The notes under the pieces are model-generated. The model worked only from the letters and a program-made list of their open reading frames with translations. It searched no databases and was not told the origin of the DNA. From NCBI GenBank assembly GCA_046484665.1, contig JAWOIN010000160.1, positions 3,497 through 67,496 on the forward strand: a DNA stretch of 64,000 nucleotides. The letters run 5' to 3'. The stretch is from Gemmatimonadota bacterium (GTDB taxonomy: Bacteria > Gemmatimonadota > Gemmatimonadetes > Palauibacterales > Palauibacteraceae). Positions 57,801-64,000 of the stretch are shown one piece after another (the stretch's first letter is position 1; each line of letters starts with the position of its first letter). The translations under genes and the position numbers were made by a program.

Positions 57801-59293
57801 GGCGCCACGGGCCCGCGACGAGGCGGGGGAGGGTCCTCCCGGCGCTGCTGACCCTTGCCCTGCTCGCGTCGACGCCGTCCGCGCACGGCCAGGAGATCCG
57901 CTTCACGGCGCGAGCGGAGGTAGTGCACGAGCGGCGCCTCGCGGACTTCCTGCGGCGCGGCGAGCACCACACCTGGACGGTCGACACGGTGCTCGCGGCC
58001 GGCGACACGGTGTCCGGCGATCTCCTCGTCCTGCGTTCTGCCGCGCGGATCGCCGGTGTCGTGACGGGCGACGTGTTCGTCGTGGCGGGGGATCTGTTCC
58101 TGCGACCCGGGTCGAGGATCCTCGGTGACGTCGTCGTGCTGGGAGGTGGCTACTACGCTTCCGGCCTCGCCGCGGTAGACGGAGCGATGGCGTATCGGCC
58201 GAACGACCTCTACTCCGTGGTCGCGCGCGACTACGGCTGGGCGATCTACCCGGCGTGGGAGACGCCTCGCGCCGTGGAGCTGCCGGGCCTGCACGGTCTT
58301 TCCTTCCCGACCTACCAGCGCGTCGACGGGTGGACTCTGGAGTGGGGGGCCCGCCTCCGGGCCGTGGGCTGGGGGTGGCAGCCCTCGCTCGAGCTGTCGG
58401 GGCGATACCTCACCGAGCGGTCGGAGCTCCAGGGCACGGTCGGACAGTACTGGCACCCCTCCGGGTCCGTGCGATTCGGGTTCGAGTACGAGCGGGCGAC
58501 GCGCACGAACGAGACGTGGGTGCGCGGCGGCGTTTCGAACACGTTCTCCTTCCTCTTCGTGGGGGACGACTTCCGGAACTACTTCGACGCGGACCGCGCG
58601 GCCTTCGTGATCGGCGGGATCGAAGGGCGGCCGTGGCGGCCGACGCTGTCCGTGCAGTGGGAGAAGGCCCGGAGTCTCGAGGCGGAGGAGCGGTTCGTCC
58701 TGTTCGGAGAGGACGAGCCGATCCCGAACCCGGCGGTCGACGAAGGGGAGACGGTCAGCCTGATCGCCGGTCTGCACGCGCGCCGCCGCGGCCCCGGGAC
58801 GAGGCTGGAGGCGTCGGTGCGGGCCGAGTGGGCGGACTCTTCCGTGGCGGGGGACTTCAGCTTCCTGCTCGGAGAGGGAAGGGCCTTCCTTCTCCTTCCC
58901 GGCCTCGGGACGCACGAGGTCGAGCTGTTCGCGCTGGCGCGCGGCGACCTGTTGGGGAGCCTGCCCCGGCAGCGGTGGACGGCGTTCGGTGGTCGCGCCA
59001 CGCTCCCGACGTTCGAGCTCCTGGGCTTCCACGGCCCGCGCGCCCTCTACGGGCAGGCCACGTACCTGGTCCCGGTACATGCCCTGCGGGTCACGATGAT
59101 CGGTCCTCCCAAGCTCCTGCTCCGGGCCGCGACCGGGACGGCCTGGGGACCGGGCCAGGACCCGGAGCTCGCGCTCAACCTCGTGGCGGGCGTCCGCTGG
59201 TCGGTGCTCGAGGCGGGCGTGGCGGCGGACCCGGGGACCTCCGGCTGGGACCCGAAGGTGTACGGGGTCTTCCGCTTCCCTGGCGATCTGTGA
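57797..59293 (+). CDS. Hypothetical secreted protein with a beta-helix (bactofilin/polymer-forming-like) N-domain and a beta-rich C-domain
   Basis: It has a signal peptide (VLPALLTLALLASTPSAHGQE). GD-type repeats follow (GDTVSGDLLVLRSAARIAGVVTGDVFVVAGDLFLRPGSRILGDVVVLGGG). The C-terminal ~300 aa have alternating aromatic/Gly beta-strand patterns. The GTG start overlaps the nitroreductase stop (GTGA). Confidence 0.55.
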   Translation: MRRHGPATRRGRVLPALLTLALLASTPSAHGQEIRFTARAEVVHERRLADFLRRGEHHTWTVDTVLAAGDTVSGDLLVLRSAARIAGVVTGDVFVVAGDLFLRPGSRILGDVVVLGGGYYASGLAAVDGAMAYRPNDLYSVVARDYGWAIYPAWETPRAVELPGLHGLSFPTYQRVDGWTLEWGARLRAVGWGWQPSLELSGRYLTERSELQGTVGQYWHPSGSVRFGFEYERATRTNETWVRGGVSNTFSFLFVGDDFRNYFDADRAAFVIGGIEGRPWRPTLSVQWEKARSLEAEERFVLFGEDEPIPNPAVDEGETVSLIAGLHARRRGPGTRLEASVRAEWADSSVAGDFSFLLGEGRAFLLLPGLGTHEVELFALARGDLLGSLPRQRWTAFGGRATLPTFELLGFHGPRALYGQATYLVPVHALRVTMIGPPKLLLRAATGTAWGPGQDPELALNLVAGVRWSVLEAGVAADPGTSGWDPKVYGVFRFPGDL

Positions 59294-59416
59294 TCGGATG
59301 GACCTGTACCCGAGCGCGCTCCCGCGGGGCTCGATCCCCCTTTGACAGCTGTCTCGGAGCCGGATTACGTTGCGGGGCGTGAACGGAACCGGCTCTCCAT
59401 CCCGCTCGCGCCCCTG

Positions 59417-62449
<3,033 letters not shown>

Positions 62450-62453
<4 letters not shown>

Positions 62454-63943
62454 GCGCCGCGCAGGCCGTCAGGGCGCTCGTGCCGCTGGCGGCGATCGTC
62501 CTCGTCCCGTCCTTCGGTCCCGGTGGCGGGCTCGGGGCGCAGGGGGTGAGCCGCTGCGCCCTCAGCATCGGGCGCGCCGGACCCCGGGTGGAGCGGCCGG
62601 ATCCGGAGCGGGAGGGAGCGATCACGGCGTATCTGGGCGGGCCCGTCACGGTCACCTGCGGCGACGCCGAGATGACGGGCGACAGCGCCGTGTGGCGACA
62701 GGTCCAGGACGAGGCCGTGATGATCGGGAGCGTCCGTTACCGGGATACCACCCGGACCCTGGAGGCCGAGCGCCTCACCTTCATCGGAGCGCGGGACGCG
62801 GTCGTGGCGGAGGGAAACGTCCGACTCGTGCGCCTCGCCAACCGAGCCACCCTGGCCGGCCCCCGCGTCACCTTCACGCGCACTCCCTTCGCCGGAGCGC
62901 GCACCACAGCGACGGAGCGGCCTCGCATGACCCTTCCATCGGGCCGCGGCGCCGCCGGAGGGGTGGAGGCGAGCGTGATCGACGCGGACCTTGCCGAGTT
63001 CGTCGGGGACGAGGAAGCGTTCGCCCGGGGAAGCGTGGTGCTGGAACGCCGCGACCTCACCGCGACGGCCGACAGCGCGCGGTTCTCGGACTCGGCGGGC
63101 CGCGCCGTGCTGTACGGCGACCCGGTGGTGCGCGGGGAGGGGTACCGGCTGGCAGGAGACAGTATCGTGGCCGGCTTCGAAGTCGGCCTCCTCCGCGCCA
63201 TCCACTCCTTCGGCGACGCGACGGCGTCGGGCGAGCGGTACGAGCTGCGCGCCGACCAGATCCTCGCGCGGATCTCCGGAGACGAGGTCGAGACGATCTG
63301 GGCGTTCGGGGAAGGACGCTCGCTGGCGGCATCGGCGGAGTTCGTCCTGGCGGGCGACTCGATCGTATTCGCCTTCGTGGAGGGCCGTGCCGACTCCGTC
63401 ACGGCGGTCGGTGCCGCGTCCGCCGTCCAGGTTTCCTCCGCTCCGTCCCCCCCGGGGGCCGGAGCGGAGGAGCTGATGGCCGCCGACTCGCTCCCGGTGA
63501 AGGTGCGCGAGGCCGAGAGGCCCGAGCCGGCGCCCGGCGCCGGGCGCGACTCCGCCCGCGCGGCCGCGGTCGACCGGACCGGGGCGCAGACCCGCTTCCG
63601 GCGGCAGGGACTCGAGGAACCGCCGCTGTCGACAGCGGTGGGAGCGAACTGGATCGCGGGGGACACCGTGCGGGCGCGGTTCGCGCCCGCCTCCGCGGAT
63701 CAGGCGCCAGCCGAGGCGAGGGCGGCGGCCGACGCGCAGCTCGAGCTCCTGGTCGCGACGGGGTCGGCGCGCTCGTTCTACGCGGCCGTGCGGGACACGG
63801 CGCGCAGCGCGTCCCCTTCCCGCAATTACCTGCTCGGAAGCCGGATCGAGGTCCGGTTCAGGGACGGCGAGCCGACGATCCTCGAGGGGACCGACGCGAT
63901 CGGGGTCTTCCTCGAGCCGATCACCGGGGAGGAGGGCGGGTGA
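62450..63943 (+). CDS. lptA: Elongated LptA/OstA-N-like periplasmic protein with about three tandem domains
   Basis: It has a signal peptide and repeated OstA-N-like segments (TCGDAEMTGDSAVWRQ...AEGNVRLVR, ATADSARFSD...VLYGDPVVRGEGYRLAGDSIV, ELRADQILAR...). It is 497 aa against about 185 for canonical LptA. Confidence 0.55.
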
Positions 63944-64000
63944 ACAGCGTGCTCCGGGCCAAGAGGCTGGTACGCTCGTTCGGGAAGCGCCGGGTGGTCG
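63940..64000 (+). CDS. lptB: LPS export ABC transporter ATP-binding protein, N-terminal fragment
   Basis: VNSVLRAKRLVRSFGKRRVV... matches the LptB N-terminus pattern (L.A.nL.K.Y..R.VV). It is truncated by the window end. Confidence 0.6.
   Translation, partial: MNSVLRAKRLVRSFGKRRVV

Overview
The window is 64 kb of high-GC (about 70%) bacterial chromosome. It is densely packed with housekeeping genes, almost all on the + strand. In order, it carries: (1) citrate synthase and isocitrate dehydrogenase; (2) a putative outer-membrane protein with a TonB-dependent-receptor plug-like domain; (3) a roughly 10 kb run of 12 translationally coupled, functionally unrelated genes (yicC, gmk, rpoZ, coaBC, a family-4 uracil-DNA glycosylase, dnaB, radA, ispD, tsaC, a low-molecular-weight protein tyrosine phosphatase, aroE, comF); (4) gap, pgk, tpiA and secG, then rnhA (- strand), carA, sppA, an HU/IHF gene and an aminotransferase (- strand); (5) a molybdenum-cofactor locus (moaD, moaE, moaA) flanked by two uncharacterised small ORFs; (6) an AT-rich island of about 650 bp with no functional reading frame; (7) mdh, an HD-GYP phosphodiesterase (- strand), a DUF423 gene, dcd (- strand) and an alpha/beta hydrolase (- strand); (8) a complete 14 kb complex I operon (nuoA, nuoB, fused nuoCD, nuoE to nuoN, with a short nuoG); (9) a phosphomannomutase, a carbamate kinase, sucCD, ndk, a DUF177 gene and rpmF; (10) fabD, fabG, acpP, fabF, then purE, ispF, a DedA protein, a XerC/D recombinase, a nitroreductase and a hypothetical secreted beta-helix protein; (11) kdsB, pyrG, lptC, an elongated lptA and the start of lptB. 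I found no rRNA, tRNA, CRISPR array, transposase or phage genes. The observations I would look at first are the AT-rich island, which holds a frameshifted small-ORF remnant and hairpins around the mdh start; the NTGA-coupled super-operon with a likely CTG start for radA; the small ORFs around the Moco genes; and a beta-helix/bactofilin-like secreted protein beside the LPS-transport genes. All calls come from reading the translations and the DNA by eye. No database searches were run.
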